Positions 29,808-40,456 of a stretch of 64,000 nt of DNA are shown one piece after another. The position numbers and the translations under genes were made by a program. Source of the DNA: Cenarchaeum sp. (GTDB lineage Archaea; Thermoproteota; Nitrososphaeria; Nitrososphaerales; Nitrosopumilaceae); assembly GCA_963692915.1 (NCBI GenBank), contig OY843584.1:800001-864000 (forward strand), read 5' to 3'. The stretch's first letter is position 1; each line of letters opens with the position of its first letter. The notes under the pieces are model-generated. The model saw nothing but the letters and a program-made list of their open reading frames with translations, ran no database searches and had not been told where the DNA came from.

Positions 29808-30505
29808 CGGCGCCGCGAACGTATGCTCGTGCTGCGCTCCACAATCTCATCCATCTTTGCCAAAAGTGCGGGATCAAAGCGTATCTTTGATATCGACTCG
29901 GCTGACAGGCGCAGCGTGTTGGAGTCAAGCTCGACGCCGGTTCGCGGCAGGCCGCGCTTGATCCACAGGCGCGTCACCTTTTCTTCTAGGCGCATGTCAT
30001 GGAACCCCTCTGGAAAGCGCTTTGTGATGTGCGCGAGTATGTTGCGGTCACGAAAGACGGCGCGCGGCTCAAAGAGGCGCATAGAGTCAGAGTATGCCCC
30101 CTCAAAGAGGTTGCCAGAGACTTCATCGGACACGATGTCCATGGTCGATATGCGCCGCACGAGCTCGAGATAGTGGAGGAATTCGTGCGCTAGTATGGCG
30201 TGGATTGTGCCCTTTAGGCCATAGGCGACGAGGGGCGCGCAGACCTGGATGACGACGCGCAGGCTGTTCTCGACTACCAGTGGAACCGTGCGTGCATAGA
30301 GAATGCCATAGCCGTAAGAGTCACGTGTGCCGGCGATGACGATCGACGGTTCGACATACGCGACAGGATATGCGATTCCCGTGGCCGCCTCTATGCGGTC
30401 AATCCCCGAGACGACACGATCAAAGCGCGACTCGGCGAGCTCGGCGACATCCTTTGGGACGGTTCCCCCCGAGGCGGCCTCACGAAGCCTTGCGAGCGGG
30501 TCCAA
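29801..30505 (-). CDS. conserved hypothetical protein with HEXXH motif
   Basis: ILAHEFLHY zincin-like motif; coding-like composition. Confidence 0.7.
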   Translation of the reverse strand: MDPLARLREAASGGTVPKDVAELAESRFDRVVSGIDRIEAATGIAYPVAYVEPSIVIAGTRDSYGYGILYARTVPLVVENSLRVVIQVCAPLVAYGLKGTIHAILAHEFLHYLELVRRISTMDIVSDEVSGNLFEGAYSDSMRLFEPRAVFRDRNILAHITKRFPEGFHDMRLEEKVTRLWIKRGLPRTGVELDSNTLRLSAESISKIRFDPALLAKMDEIVERSTSIRSRRRY

Positions 30506-30675
30506 TGCGGGATCGCATGGCGTGCGCGCGTAAAAACCTTGAGCCGCATGGCGCGCGCCGGCACGCCCTCAGGAGACTTTGTGCCGTGTGTGCCAGTTGG
30601 CTCTCCGGCGGTGCAGTCGCGCATGACTGCCACGGAGACTAGAACCAATTAATTGGGAGGTGTGCGCAGCCGAGC

Positions 30676-30777
30676 CTAGCGCCTGCCGCGCTTGCCGCTC
30701 TTGGATTTTTTCAACTTGCGGCGATTCTCGCGCTGGTCTGCCCATCGCATGTGCTTGCCGGCCTTTCGCGTCGACAT
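30676..30777 (-). CDS. 33-aa highly basic small protein
   Basis: MSTRKAGKHMRWADQRENRRKLKKSKSGKRGRR; AT-rich box ~25 nt upstream. Confidence 0.6.
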   Translation of the reverse strand: MSTRKAGKHMRWADQRENRRKLKKSKSGKRGRR

Positions 30778-30999
30778 GGCAGGCGCTCCCCTCGCAAGAG
30801 TAGTTAATTGTTCGCATTGGGGTCGGCCATCTAGACGCGCAAGGGCATGAACGTCGAGGGCAGCCATGGCCACAGCAGGCTCACGACCCCGATAGTCCAG
30901 AGGGGCACGCATGGTCACGGCAGGAACGTGCCATCATGCGCCGTCCTGTCAGGTATGCAGCACGCCATCTAATATAGCGGCGCGGCCGGCAGGCGTCGC

Positions 31000-31932
31000 A
31001 TGGCCATGCTAGAGGTCGACTCGCTGTTCGTCGAGTATGCGACTGCCGGCGGACGCCTCAGGGCAGTAGATGGCGCGACGTTCTCACTAGAGGCCGGCGA
31101 GTCCCTCGGGATCGCCGGCGAGAGCGCGTGCGGCAAGAGCACACTTGGCATGGCGCTCATGCGCAGCCTGCCGGCCGGCACGTCAGTCACCGGAAGCGCG
31201 AGACTTGATGGCACCGACATGCTCGCAATGGAGGAGCGCGACTATGACGCAACGCACAGGTGGAAGCGCGTCTCGATGGTCTTTCAGGCCGCAATGAACT
31301 CCCTTGATCCAGTGTACACGATAGGCGACCAGCTCACCGAGGTTCTCGAGGAGCACGGACGCGCGCGTGGAGCCGATGAAGCCATTGCCTCAGCAATGCG
31401 CGATGTCGGCCTTGGGAGCAGCATCCTGCGTCAATATCCCCACGAGCTTAGTGGCGGCATGAGGCAGAGGGCAGTTATTGCCATGGCCCTACTCCTCGAG
31501 CCGCGCCTAGTCATTGCCGACGAGCCGACAACTGCACTTGACGTGCTCGTCCAGTCCCAGGTCATCGGCGTCCTGCGTCGCTTGCGGCAGCGCGGGACGT
31601 CAGTCATTACCATAACGCACGACCTAGCCCTCCTCTCCGAGATTGCCGACGTGGTTGCCATAATGTATGCCGGACAAATAGTCGAGCTCGGCCGCGCGCG
31701 AGAGATATATGACAGGCCAAAGCACCCCTACACGCAGGCACTCATAGCCGCAACGCCGACGATCCACGGAGACGCGCCGCAGCACATATCCGGCAGGCCG
31801 CCAGACATGGCTCGTCCTGGTAAGGCGTGCAGGTTTATGCCGCGCTGCGCGCATGCGATGGAAAAATGTAATGTGGATCCACACGCGTTCGGCGATCCTG
31901 CAAAATACACTAGATGCTGGCTCTACGAGTAG
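31000..31932 (+). CDS. oligopeptide/dipeptide ABC transporter ATP-binding subunit
   Basis: GESACGKS, YPHELSGGMRQR, ADEPTTALD, HPYT. Confidence 0.93.
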   Translation: MAMLEVDSLFVEYATAGGRLRAVDGATFSLEAGESLGIAGESACGKSTLGMALMRSLPAGTSVTGSARLDGTDMLAMEERDYDATHRWKRVSMVFQAAMNSLDPVYTIGDQLTEVLEEHGRARGADEAIASAMRDVGLGSSILRQYPHELSGGMRQRAVIAMALLLEPRLVIADEPTTALDVLVQSQVIGVLRRLRQRGTSVITITHDLALLSEIADVVAIMYAGQIVELGRAREIYDRPKHPYTQALIAATPTIHGDAPQHISGRPPDMARPGKACRFMPRCAHAMEKCNVDPHAFGDPAKYTRCWLYE

Positions 31933-32306
31933 CGTCGCACGACGGGAAGGCACGCATCAACGATCCGGAGAACCTCGCTTCGCACGACTTTTTTGTCGAT
32001 CGATATCCAGACGCGGTGTCGCTTTATCGCAAACGAGATTATCTGGGCCTTTGTGCGCTCTTCCCAGATAAACTCGATCGGCCCGAGGCTCTTGTCAAAG
32101 TATGTCTCGAGGTCTGTCCTCATCGCAATGTGCGAAAACTGATAGTGCGTGTCGCGCTCGTTGAGCAGCGGGCGCAGGTTTGAGCGGCGGTTGTACGCGA
32201 GGAGCTCGCCGCTCTCGCCGATCATGCCGACAAAGCGGATGACAGGGCTTATCGAGGCGATCGCATTGCATATCAAGCCATACTTTTTCTTGAGGCGGGC
32301 CGACAT
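31923..32306 (-). CDS. hypothetical protein (roadblock-like thaumarchaeal family)
   Basis: IRFVGMI...G.L....R....PLL pattern. Confidence 0.6.
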   Translation of the reverse strand: MSARLKKKYGLICNAIASISPVIRFVGMIGESGELLAYNRRSNLRPLLNERDTHYQFSHIAMRTDLETYFDKSLGPIEFIWEERTKAQIISFAIKRHRVWISIDKKVVRSEVLRIVDACLPVVRRYS

Positions 32307-32522
32307 GGCGCACGCTCGCCATGCCGAGCTATATTTGCGTGTCGGCGCCTGCATACACGGATCGCGCACTCAGGCGCAAGATCGCCGTGCGCGCCAGCTG
32401 CGGCGCCCTGCAGGCCCGCATCCTGGCACTAGGACGCGTGCGCCAGGGGACACGCCGTGCCAGAACGAGCCCCCACAGACCCTTAACACATATTTAACTT
32501 GGCCCGAACCAGTCGTGCCAGA

Positions 32523-34235
32523 ATGGTCGAGAACCTCGAGTACGACCTTGTTATATGCGGATCCGGCCTAGCCGGCCTACGCGCAGCCATCGCCGCCGCA
32601 ACCAGGAAGCCCTCGCTAAAGATAGGCGTCGTCTCAAAAGTCCAGGTCATGAGGTCGCACTCGGTCTCAGCCGAGGGAGGCACGGCCGCGGCGATCTTTG
32701 AGGATGAGGGCGACAGCATAGAGTCGCACATCTATGACACCGTAAAGGGAAGCGACTTTTTGGCAGACCAGGACGTAGCCGAGAGGCTCTGCCGCGAGAT
32801 GCCGCACGAGATCTACCAGCTTGAGCACTGGGGCATGCCATGGTCACGCAGAAAGGATGGGAGGATTGACCAGCGCGCCTTTGGCGGGTATAGCTTTCCG
32901 CGCGCAACGTACGCGTCTGACAAGGTGGGCTTTTTCGAGATGCAGACGCTCTATGACACGTGCCAGAAACATGAGAACATAGAGTACCTCAACGAGTGGT
33001 TTGTCAGTGCCATCATACACGATGGCAAGAGGTTCCTCGGCGTCACGGCAATAGAGCTCGCGACTGGCACGTTCTATGCGATAAAGGCAAAGGCCCTAAT
33101 CATAGCCACAGGGGGTGCCGGAAGGCTCTATAGCTTTTCAACGTATGCGCACTCGTCGACTCCGGATGGGCTTGACATGGCGTTTCGCGCCGGCATGGCA
33201 CTAAAGGACATGGAGTTTGTCCAGTTTCACCCAACGGGCATAATGCCGTCTGGCATACTAATCACGGAGGGTGCGCGCGGCGAGGGCGGACACCTCCTCA
33301 ACAGTGAGGGTGAACGCTTCATGTCCGCGTATGCGCCCTCAAAGATGGAGCTTGCGCCGCGCGACATCGTGTCAAGGTCCATAATGACCGAGATTGCCGA
33401 GGGGCGGGGCCTCAAGAGCATGACTGGTACTGACTGTGTAAAGCTCGACTTGCGCCATGTTGGAGACGCCACGATACGCGAAAAGCTTGGCGCAATACGC
33501 GAGATTAGCATAAAGTTCTCCGGCGTGGATCCGTCCAAAGAGCCGATCGACGTGAGACCCGTCTGCCACTACATGATGGGCGGCATACACACGGACATTG
33601 ACGGCAAGACCGAGCTCGCCGGAGTGTGGGCCGCCGGCGAGGCCGCATGCAACAGCACTCACGGGTCAAACAGGCTTGGGGCCAACTCGACGTCTGAGTG
33701 CATAGTGTGGGGCAAGATAGTCGGCGAGCTCGCCGCCGACTATGCTACTGCCGGCGTCGCGCAGACGCCCTGGCCACACCACCTCGTGGCCGCCGAGGAG
33801 AGCCGGATATATGGCGAGATATTTAGGGGGAGTGGTGACGTAAACCCCTATGAGGTCCGGCAAGAGCTGACAGACACGATGAACGAGTTCGCCTACGTGT
33901 ACCGCGATGAGGGCGGCTTGGCCGAGGGCCTGCGCAGACTTCGCGAGCTGCGCTCAAGGCCATGGAAGCACGTAGAGGACAAGGCCAGCGAGTACAACAC
34001 CAACTTTGTCAACGTCATGGAGCTCGACTCGATGTTTCGCGTGGCCGAGGTCGTCCTAGTCGGCGCGCTAAACCGCAAAGAGTCGCGCGGTGCGCACGCG
34101 CGCACTGACTATCCAAGGCGCGATGACGAGTCGTTCCTCCACCATACGCTGGCGTACCATGGCGCCGAGGAGCCCATAATGAGGACGTCGCCAGTCACGA
34201 TAACGAACTACCAGCCAGTGGAGAGAAAGTACTGA
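32523..34235 (+). CDS. sdhA: succinate dehydrogenase flavoprotein
   Basis: GSGLAG, RSHSVSAEGG, QFHPT, HGSNRLGANS, ESRGAH. Confidence 0.96.
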   Translation: MVENLEYDLVICGSGLAGLRAAIAAATRKPSLKIGVVSKVQVMRSHSVSAEGGTAAAIFEDEGDSIESHIYDTVKGSDFLADQDVAERLCREMPHEIYQLEHWGMPWSRRKDGRIDQRAFGGYSFPRATYASDKVGFFEMQTLYDTCQKHENIEYLNEWFVSAIIHDGKRFLGVTAIELATGTFYAIKAKALIIATGGAGRLYSFSTYAHSSTPDGLDMAFRAGMALKDMEFVQFHPTGIMPSGILITEGARGEGGHLLNSEGERFMSAYAPSKMELAPRDIVSRSIMTEIAEGRGLKSMTGTDCVKLDLRHVGDATIREKLGAIREISIKFSGVDPSKEPIDVRPVCHYMMGGIHTDIDGKTELAGVWAAGEAACNSTHGSNRLGANSTSECIVWGKIVGELAADYATAGVAQTPWPHHLVAAEESRIYGEIFRGSGDVNPYEVRQELTDTMNEFAYVYRDEGGLAEGLRRLRELRSRPWKHVEDKASEYNTNFVNVMELDSMFRVAEVVLVGALNRKESRGAHARTDYPRRDDESFLHHTLAYHGAEEPIMRTSPVTITNYQPVERKY

Positions 34236-34669
34236 TGGCCGACACAGACGAGAACAGGGGCGGCATTCGCGACATGGCAAGCCCGCGGCGCTATGGCATA
34301 GAGCGCGTCGCGTACTGGCTCATGAGGCTCTCAGGCCTGGGACTCCTTGCGTACTTTGTCGGGCACATTTACGAGACGAGCGCAATACTGCGCGGGCGTG
34401 CCGGCTGGGACGAGCTTTTAGCCATGACGCAGAGCACCGAGGGCCATGCGCTCCTTGCGCTAGTCATCGGCATGTGTGTCTTTCACACTGCAAACGGCAT
34501 ACGCCTCATGCTAGTCCAGGGCGGCGTGTGGGCCGGCAAGCCTGGGCGGGCAGACTATCCGTACACGCCGCGCTCGCAGAACGCGCGCAACAAGATTGCA
34601 ATATACTCCTCCATAGTGATGGCCGCCGTCGCGATGGTATACGGCCTGACGGTGATGTTTGGTGAGTGA
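34235..34669 (+). CDS. sdhC: succinate dehydrogenase membrane anchor
   Basis: Three TM helices, RLSG, FHTANGIR; operon position. Confidence 0.85.
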   Translation: MADTDENRGGIRDMASPRRYGIERVAYWLMRLSGLGLLAYFVGHIYETSAILRGRAGWDELLAMTQSTEGHALLALVIGMCVFHTANGIRLMLVQGGVWAGKPGRADYPYTPRSQNARNKIAIYSSIVMAAVAMVYGLTVMFGE

Positions 34670-34672
34670 GCG

Positions 34673-35017
34673 ATGAGGGAGAGCCACATTATAAGAATCC
34701 ACTATGCGACGGCCCTGGCCGCCGTCGCCCTAGTCGCCGTCCACGTCCTCATGCGCGTGACGCAGGGGTTCGCCGAGTCCCTCGAGTACGAGAGCGTCGT
34801 GGCCAACTATCGCTTCCTCCCGTATGCCGGCCTCCTTGAGATCATACTCGTCCTCCTCTCGATACACGGCTTTAACGGCCTGCGCGTCATACTCCTCGAG
34901 CTCCGCCAGGGTCGCACGTACGAGAGGGCAGTCACGGTCATATGCGTGGCGGCCATGGTAGCAGTTATAGCGTATGGCTCGCGCACGATATTCATGATGA
35001 ACGCGGGGGTGCTCTAG
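34673..35017 (+). CDS. sdhD: succinate dehydrogenase hydrophobic anchor
   Basis: TM helices, HGFNGLR; operon position. Confidence 0.82.
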   Translation: MRESHIIRIHYATALAAVALVAVHVLMRVTQGFAESLEYESVVANYRFLPYAGLLEIILVLLSIHGFNGLRVILLELRQGRTYERAVTVICVAAMVAVIAYGSRTIFMMNAGVL

Positions 35018-35021
35018 GGAA

Positions 35022-35789
35022 ATGTCAGCGGCCGCAGTGCAGCAGACAGGGAACGCAGAGGCGCCGCAGGCCGATTCGCGTGTCGCGCGCAGGCTCCGCA
35101 TAAAGCGCTCAAACCCGTCAACCGGAGAGGCGGGGTCATACTCGGAGTTTGACGTCGAGGCCGATCCATGGACGACTGTCCTCGACGTCATACTAGAGGC
35201 AAAAAAGAACGTGGACCATTCTGTCGGCGTGCGCTACTCTTGCAGGCAGGCGACATGCGGCTCGTGCGGCATGATGATAAACGGCAAGCCGCGCCTTGCG
35301 TGCTTTACAAAGGTGAGCGAGCTTGACAGTGACACGATAACAGTCGAGCCGATGCAGAACTTTCCGGTCGTTCGCGACCTCGTCGTCGGCTTTGATCGCC
35401 TGTTCAGATCGCATCATAGGGTAAAGCCGTACATCATTAGCGATGAGGCTGACATTACAGAAGGGGTGCGCGAGACGCCGCAGACTCCCGAGGAGGTCGA
35501 ACGCTATATCCAGTTTGCCGGGTGCATAAAGTGCGGCTTGTGCAACTCGGCGTGCCCCACGATGGCAACAGACTCGCAGTTTATCGGGCCACAGTCCCTA
35601 GCGCAGGTGTACAGGTATGTTGCTGACACGCGCGACCACGGCAAGGACGAGCGCCTAAAGATTATCGACGACTCACACGGCATATGGAGGTGCCACTATG
35701 CGGGCTCGTGCAGCAAGGTGTGCCCAAAGGGTGTCGATCCAGCCATGGGAATACAGCTCCTAAAGGGGCACATGCTCGGCCTCAGGTAG
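35022..35789 (+). CDS. sdhB: succinate dehydrogenase iron-sulfur subunit
   Basis: SCRQATCGSC, CIKCGLC..ACP, CHYAGSC..VCP. Confidence 0.96.
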   Translation: MSAAAVQQTGNAEAPQADSRVARRLRIKRSNPSTGEAGSYSEFDVEADPWTTVLDVILEAKKNVDHSVGVRYSCRQATCGSCGMMINGKPRLACFTKVSELDSDTITVEPMQNFPVVRDLVVGFDRLFRSHHRVKPYIISDEADITEGVRETPQTPEEVERYIQFAGCIKCGLCNSACPTMATDSQFIGPQSLAQVYRYVADTRDHGKDERLKIIDDSHGIWRCHYAGSCSKVCPKGVDPAMGIQLLKGHMLGLR

Positions 35790-36189
35790 TGCCATCAGGG
35801 CGCGTACCCTGCGCCGCAGTTGACTTGCCGTCACCGGGTTCTTCGCTGGCCGTGTCAGCCTGTGGCGCTCCGTCTTTTGGCGGCTTTGGGCTGCTGTTGA
35901 CCTGGTTGTTTATCTGCTCGGCCATAAAGTGGTTTGACACGTTTACCGTGACATTGTCGACGGTGTCTATCTTTAGGAGGTAGTCATGGATGTCCTGGCA
36001 TATCTTGAACCCAAAGACGGCAGGGCAGAACGGGCTCGTCAGGTGGAGGTCGACCTTTATGTCGCTGCCCTCGATGTCCACATTGTCTATGAGCTCGAGG
36101 TCAGTTATCGACGTGTTTATCTCGGGATCCACGATCTTTGAGAGCTCATCAAAGATCCGCACGCGAAGCTGCCTTGTCTCCTCGGACAC
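35782..36189 (-). CDS. DUF59/SufT-like Fe-S cluster assembly protein
   Basis: VDPEI...LT.PFCP motif. Confidence 0.87.
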   Translation of the reverse strand: MSEETRQLRVRIFDELSKIVDPEINTSITDLELIDNVDIEGSDIKVDLHLTSPFCPAVFGFKICQDIHDYLLKIDTVDNVTVNVSNHFMAEQINNQVNSSPKPPKDGAPQADTASEEPGDGKSTAAQGTRPDGTT

Positions 36190-36232
36190 GCCTTGCGCAC
36201 ACCGTTGACGCTATATATAACCACTGCGGAGG

Positions 36233-37714
36233 GTGCGCGTGTACCGCGCAAGGATGGGCGAGGGTCTCGATGATGCCGTCGCCTCGTACGTCTCCTCAGC
36301 CGACGATGATGCAGTGATTGCGCAGTATGACATTCTTGGCAGCATGGCCCATGTCGTCATGCTCCATGACCGCAAGATCATCTCGCGCGCCGATGCTGGG
36401 GCCATACTTGCCGCACTTTCGAGAATTTCGGCGAGTCCGCCTGAGCCACACGATGGCGCCGAGGACATTCACGAGCTCATAGAGGCCGACGTGATCAGGA
36501 AGGCCGGCAAGGGCGCAGGCGGACGCATGCACACGGCCAGGTCGCGCAACGACCAGGTGTCCCTTGACATCCGCCTAAAGCTGCGTGATGACGTCAATGA
36601 CGTCTGCACGCTGGCCATAGGGCTTGCAGAGGCGATGGCCGCCGTCGCAAGTGCACACAAAAAGACTGTCATGCCGCTCTACACGCATATGCAGCAGGCT
36701 CAGTACGGGACGCTCTCACACTATATGATCGCCCACATTGATGCCCTCATGCGCGACGTTGAGCGCCTCTCCTCGGCGTACACGCGCATCAACCAGTGTC
36801 CCCTAGGCGCCGGCGCAGTCGGCGGAACGAGCCTAAACATCGACAGGCGGCAGGTCGCCAGGCTTCTCGGGTTTGGCGGCATAGTCGAGAACGCCCTTGA
36901 TGCGACAGGCTCACGCGATCACGTCGCCGAGTACGTTGCGGCCATAGCCATAATGATGTCAGGCCTGAGCAGGATTGCCGAGGACATTGCGATATGGTCA
37001 ACGAGCGAGTTTTCGTTCGTCGAGCTTGGCGGCTCGGTGTCATCACCATCAAGTGTCCTGCCGCAAAAAAAGAACCCCGACGTGCTAGAGCTCACGCGTG
37101 GCAAGGCTGCCGAGACTCTCGGCGGGCTCGTCACGACGATTGCGGCGACAAAGGGCCTTGCGTCCGGATACTCGCGCGACCTACAGCAGTCAAAGCTCGC
37201 CGCATGGGCCGCGACACGGACCGCAGTCGGCGCGCTTGCGATCCTGCGCACGGCAATATCCGGAATGAGCGTGAATGTCGATCGCATGGCCGAGGCGGCC
37301 AGGTCAGGCGACCTTGACGCCCTAGAGATCGCCGAGATCCTAGTCGCCGGCGGCAATGTGCCCTTTAGGTCGGCCCACATGATCGTCGGCCGGCTCGTAA
37401 AGAGCGCGCACGCCTCTGGCGTGGGCCTGGGCGAGGTTGGCGACAGGGCAGTCAGCATTGCAGTCAGGGGGACAGGCGTGAGCGTCAAGGATCTGCGTAG
37501 CGCAATCGGGCGCTGCGGGGCCCTCGCGTCGCTGCGCCGGCGCGGCTCGATGGGCTCATCAGGATATGCCGAGCAGGCAAGGATGACGCGGGCCAGGCTG
37601 CGCTCGATTCCAAAATACCGTCGCGAAGTGGATATGCGCCGGAGCGCAGTCAGCGAGGCGTATGCGGTTCTCGGAAAGAGGGTTCGCGCCCTAGGGGCGC
37701 GCCGCAAGTCCTAG
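36233..37714 (+). CDS. argH: argininosuccinate lyase
   Basis: EDIHE, HTARSRNDQ, SSVLPQKKNPD. Confidence 0.94.
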   Translation: MRVYRARMGEGLDDAVASYVSSADDDAVIAQYDILGSMAHVVMLHDRKIISRADAGAILAALSRISASPPEPHDGAEDIHELIEADVIRKAGKGAGGRMHTARSRNDQVSLDIRLKLRDDVNDVCTLAIGLAEAMAAVASAHKKTVMPLYTHMQQAQYGTLSHYMIAHIDALMRDVERLSSAYTRINQCPLGAGAVGGTSLNIDRRQVARLLGFGGIVENALDATGSRDHVAEYVAAIAIMMSGLSRIAEDIAIWSTSEFSFVELGGSVSSPSSVLPQKKNPDVLELTRGKAAETLGGLVTTIAATKGLASGYSRDLQQSKLAAWAATRTAVGALAILRTAISGMSVNVDRMAEAARSGDLDALEIAEILVAGGNVPFRSAHMIVGRLVKSAHASGVGLGEVGDRAVSIAVRGTGVSVKDLRSAIGRCGALASLRRRGSMGSSGYAEQARMTRARLRSIPKYRREVDMRRSAVSEAYAVLGKRVRALGARRKS

Positions 37715-37760
37715 TGGGCAAAAAACTCTGCAATGGTTCCAGGATTGTGCGCGCAGGTCC

Positions 37761-38228
37761 CTAGTGAAGAAATCGAGGCAGGCTGCGAATCTTGTGGGCA
37801 AGCGATAGGCTTCCCGGACCGGCGACGATGACGAGAAGCGAGACGGCCAGGAGCATGAGGTCATACTCGTACGCGTCGGCCCCCTCGGCGCCGGCGTATG
37901 AGGCCAGGCCCTTTATGACTATCATCGCGGCGAGCATGATGACTGCGATTATCGAGGCCGATATGCGGCTCAGGACGCCGATGACTAGGAGTATGCCGGG
38001 TATAAACTCGCCGGCTGCGATAAGCATCGCAAACTCGGGCGATATGCCATATGTCGACATCCAGCCGATAAAGCCCTCGTTGCCAAACTTGCCATACCCG
38101 TGGACGATGAACGCCACGCCTAGTGCGATCCTGATGCCACAGTAGGCGATATCCGTGAGCCTCTTTGGGCGCAGTGCGGCTCCCTCGAGCTTTTCTCCGG
38201 CCATGCCTGGTCTAGGCGTCTCTTCCAC
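37761..38228 (-). CDS. DoxX-family membrane protein
   Basis: RIALG..FIVHG.GK, G.E, GPG..SL. Confidence 0.85.
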   Translation of the reverse strand: MEETPRPGMAGEKLEGAALRPKRLTDIAYCGIRIALGVAFIVHGYGKFGNEGFIGWMSTYGISPEFAMLIAAGEFIPGILLVIGVLSRISASIIAVIMLAAMIVIKGLASYAGAEGADAYEYDLMLLAVSLLVIVAGPGSLSLAHKIRSLPRFLH

Positions 38229-38337
38229 GCGTCATGGCCCCAACGGGCACTATTTAACTCAAGCGGGCACGGCCGCACGAGCCATGCCGCAGGCACGGTG
38301 ACCCTTTATTATATTGCCACGCGCCCTAGGACGAGTC

Positions 38338-40452
38338 ATGTGCGGTTCGGAGAGGCGCGGTGCGGCCATGCCCGAGTGGAGGGTTGCGATGCTGCCGGCG
38401 CTTGCAGTCTCCTTTGCGCTCATCGCCGTGTCGATCACGGCGATGGCCATAATATCAGACAGCGTGACGAAGGGGTCGATAAACTCGCTTGTCGGCGAGC
38501 AGTCGACGTTCGCCTCGCACGCGGCCCTGGCTAGAATCGACGAGGAGATCAATGACCGGATAGGCGAGCTGCGCGTGCTGGGAACCGAGCCGAGGATCCG
38601 CGCCGCCCTGGCGCACCACAACTCTGGTGGTGACGGGCCGCGGGGGCTTGTGCATGCGCGAGCCGAGGCGCTGCTAGGGGAGAGGGTCGGCTCGCAGGGG
38701 GCGCCGTTTGCCGCAATTGCGCTACTGGGGGAAGACGGGCGCACCGTCGCCAAGGGCGGCGTGGGCACAGACACCGTCACATCCGGCGAGCGCGACGTGC
38801 TAGTGTCTGATGCGCACTATGACGCGACGATCGGCAGGGATGTCATCAGGATCAGCACCACGCTGAGGGACGCAGGGGGCGCAGTCTCCGGCGAGCTCGT
38901 CGCGTTCATGGAGATGCACGAGGTCTATCGCATTGCCCTAGAGACGCAGAACAGCGTGCGCCTCGGCATGGCGACTGTGGACATTTACAGGCTCGACGGC
39001 CGTCCCGTCTACTCGTCCTCCCCACACGGGAACTTTGGCTCCCTTGAGCTAGTCGCGCCGGGCTTTGCGCAGGTTCCCGAGGGCGTCAGGGACGAGCTCG
39101 AGAGGCGCTTTGGCGAGATCGACGCCGAGTATGATCGCGTTTTAGCCGAGTACGGCGTTGAGGTGCCCGTTCTAGACGAGGATGAGGCCCACGAGTACAC
39201 GGCCCGCGTCAGGGAGCTCGACGAGCGCTATATGGGAATCATCTCCGGTGTGGACGGCAGCGTCGATGGCCTCGGGGCCGATGAGCTCAGGTGGGCCATG
39301 GAGGGCGCGCTCTCTGATGCCGTGATCATCGGCGAGATTGAGGGCATTATCGACGAGGCTAGCGCCGGCTCCCTAGAGGGCGTCTTTGAGGCCTATGACG
39401 TCGAGTACCGCGAGATCGCCGCAGACTATGGCATAAGCGAGCCCATACTGACTGAGGACGAGGAGATCGCACTAGCCGCCGAGACTGCGCGCATAGACGA
39501 GATGTCCTCAAGGGTCTATGACGGCCTTGATGTCGACTATACCTTTGGCGAGCGCGGGTTTGTCGTTGTGGGCCACGGCGAGGAGGAGACGCTCCACTCG
39601 TTCTCGCGGCAGGCCGGATACGGCGACTTTGACGGCCTTGGCTGGACGCTAGTCATCCACACAAACCTCAACGACGCCCTCGTCGAGGCCAACTCGCAGC
39701 GCAACGCGCTCCTCGCGCTAGCCGCCGTTATCGGCATTGTCGCCGGCGCGCTGAGCGCATACCTTGCGCGCACAATGTACTTTCAGTCAAGGCGGCTTCG
39801 CCAGACCGAAAAGATCGGCGCAATAGGGCACCTTGCCTCAAACATCGCGCACGACCTGCGCAACCCACTCGGGATCATACGCAACTCGACTGAGCGCATC
39901 AGGAGGCAGGTCGGAGGCGGGGACGGCATCGTCGACGGCGAGCTCGACAGGGTGAACCGCGCGATATCCAGAATGTCGCACCAGATCGAGGGTGTCCTAA
40001 ACTATGTTCGCACGACTCCGGTTATAGCAAAGGAGTGTCGCGTGAGCGAGATGCTAAAGTATGCCGTAGAGTCAATCGAGATTCCGGCCAACGTGTCTGT
40101 CGACCTGCCGCACGAGGACGTAGTCATCGAGTGTGACCGCGAAAAGATAGAGATCACGTTTGCGAACCTGCTCCTCAATGCGGTTCATGCGATCGGCGAG
40201 CAGGACGGTAAGATAGCGGTTCGCATGGCCGAGCGTGGCGATGCGATACACATGGAGTTTGAGAACACGGGGCCGGCCATACCAGAGGGCGACCTGCCGC
40301 ACATATTTGAGCCGCTCTTTACGACAAAGCTAAAGGGCACTGGCCTTGGCCTGTCAGGCTGCCGCAACATTGTCGAGCAGCACGGCGGCACGATAGGCGC
40401 GTCTGCGAGCCCCGTCGTGTTTGCCGTGATGCTGCCCAAAAGGCAGCAATAG
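38338..40452 (+). CDS. membrane sensor histidine kinase
   Basis: Two TMs; AHDLRNPL H-box, NLLLNA N-box, FEPLFTTK, GTGLGL. Confidence 0.92.
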   Translation: MCGSERRGAAMPEWRVAMLPALAVSFALIAVSITAMAIISDSVTKGSINSLVGEQSTFASHAALARIDEEINDRIGELRVLGTEPRIRAALAHHNSGGDGPRGLVHARAEALLGERVGSQGAPFAAIALLGEDGRTVAKGGVGTDTVTSGERDVLVSDAHYDATIGRDVIRISTTLRDAGGAVSGELVAFMEMHEVYRIALETQNSVRLGMATVDIYRLDGRPVYSSSPHGNFGSLELVAPGFAQVPEGVRDELERRFGEIDAEYDRVLAEYGVEVPVLDEDEAHEYTARVRELDERYMGIISGVDGSVDGLGADELRWAMEGALSDAVIIGEIEGIIDEASAGSLEGVFEAYDVEYREIAADYGISEPILTEDEEIALAAETARIDEMSSRVYDGLDVDYTFGERGFVVVGHGEEETLHSFSRQAGYGDFDGLGWTLVIHTNLNDALVEANSQRNALLALAAVIGIVAGALSAYLARTMYFQSRRLRQTEKIGAIGHLASNIAHDLRNPLGIIRNSTERIRRQVGGGDGIVDGELDRVNRAISRMSHQIEGVLNYVRTTPVIAKECRVSEMLKYAVESIEIPANVSVDLPHEDVVIECDREKIEITFANLLLNAVHAIGEQDGKIAVRMAERGDAIHMEFENTGPAIPEGDLPHIFEPLFTTKLKGTGLGLSGCRNIVEQHGGTIGASASPVVFAVMLPKRQQ

Positions 40453-40456
40453 CGCC

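Noticed and set aside
30535-30660. Short hairpins and small ORFs upstream of the HEXXH gene
   Set aside because: Short stems are expected by chance at this GC content, and there is no family signature.
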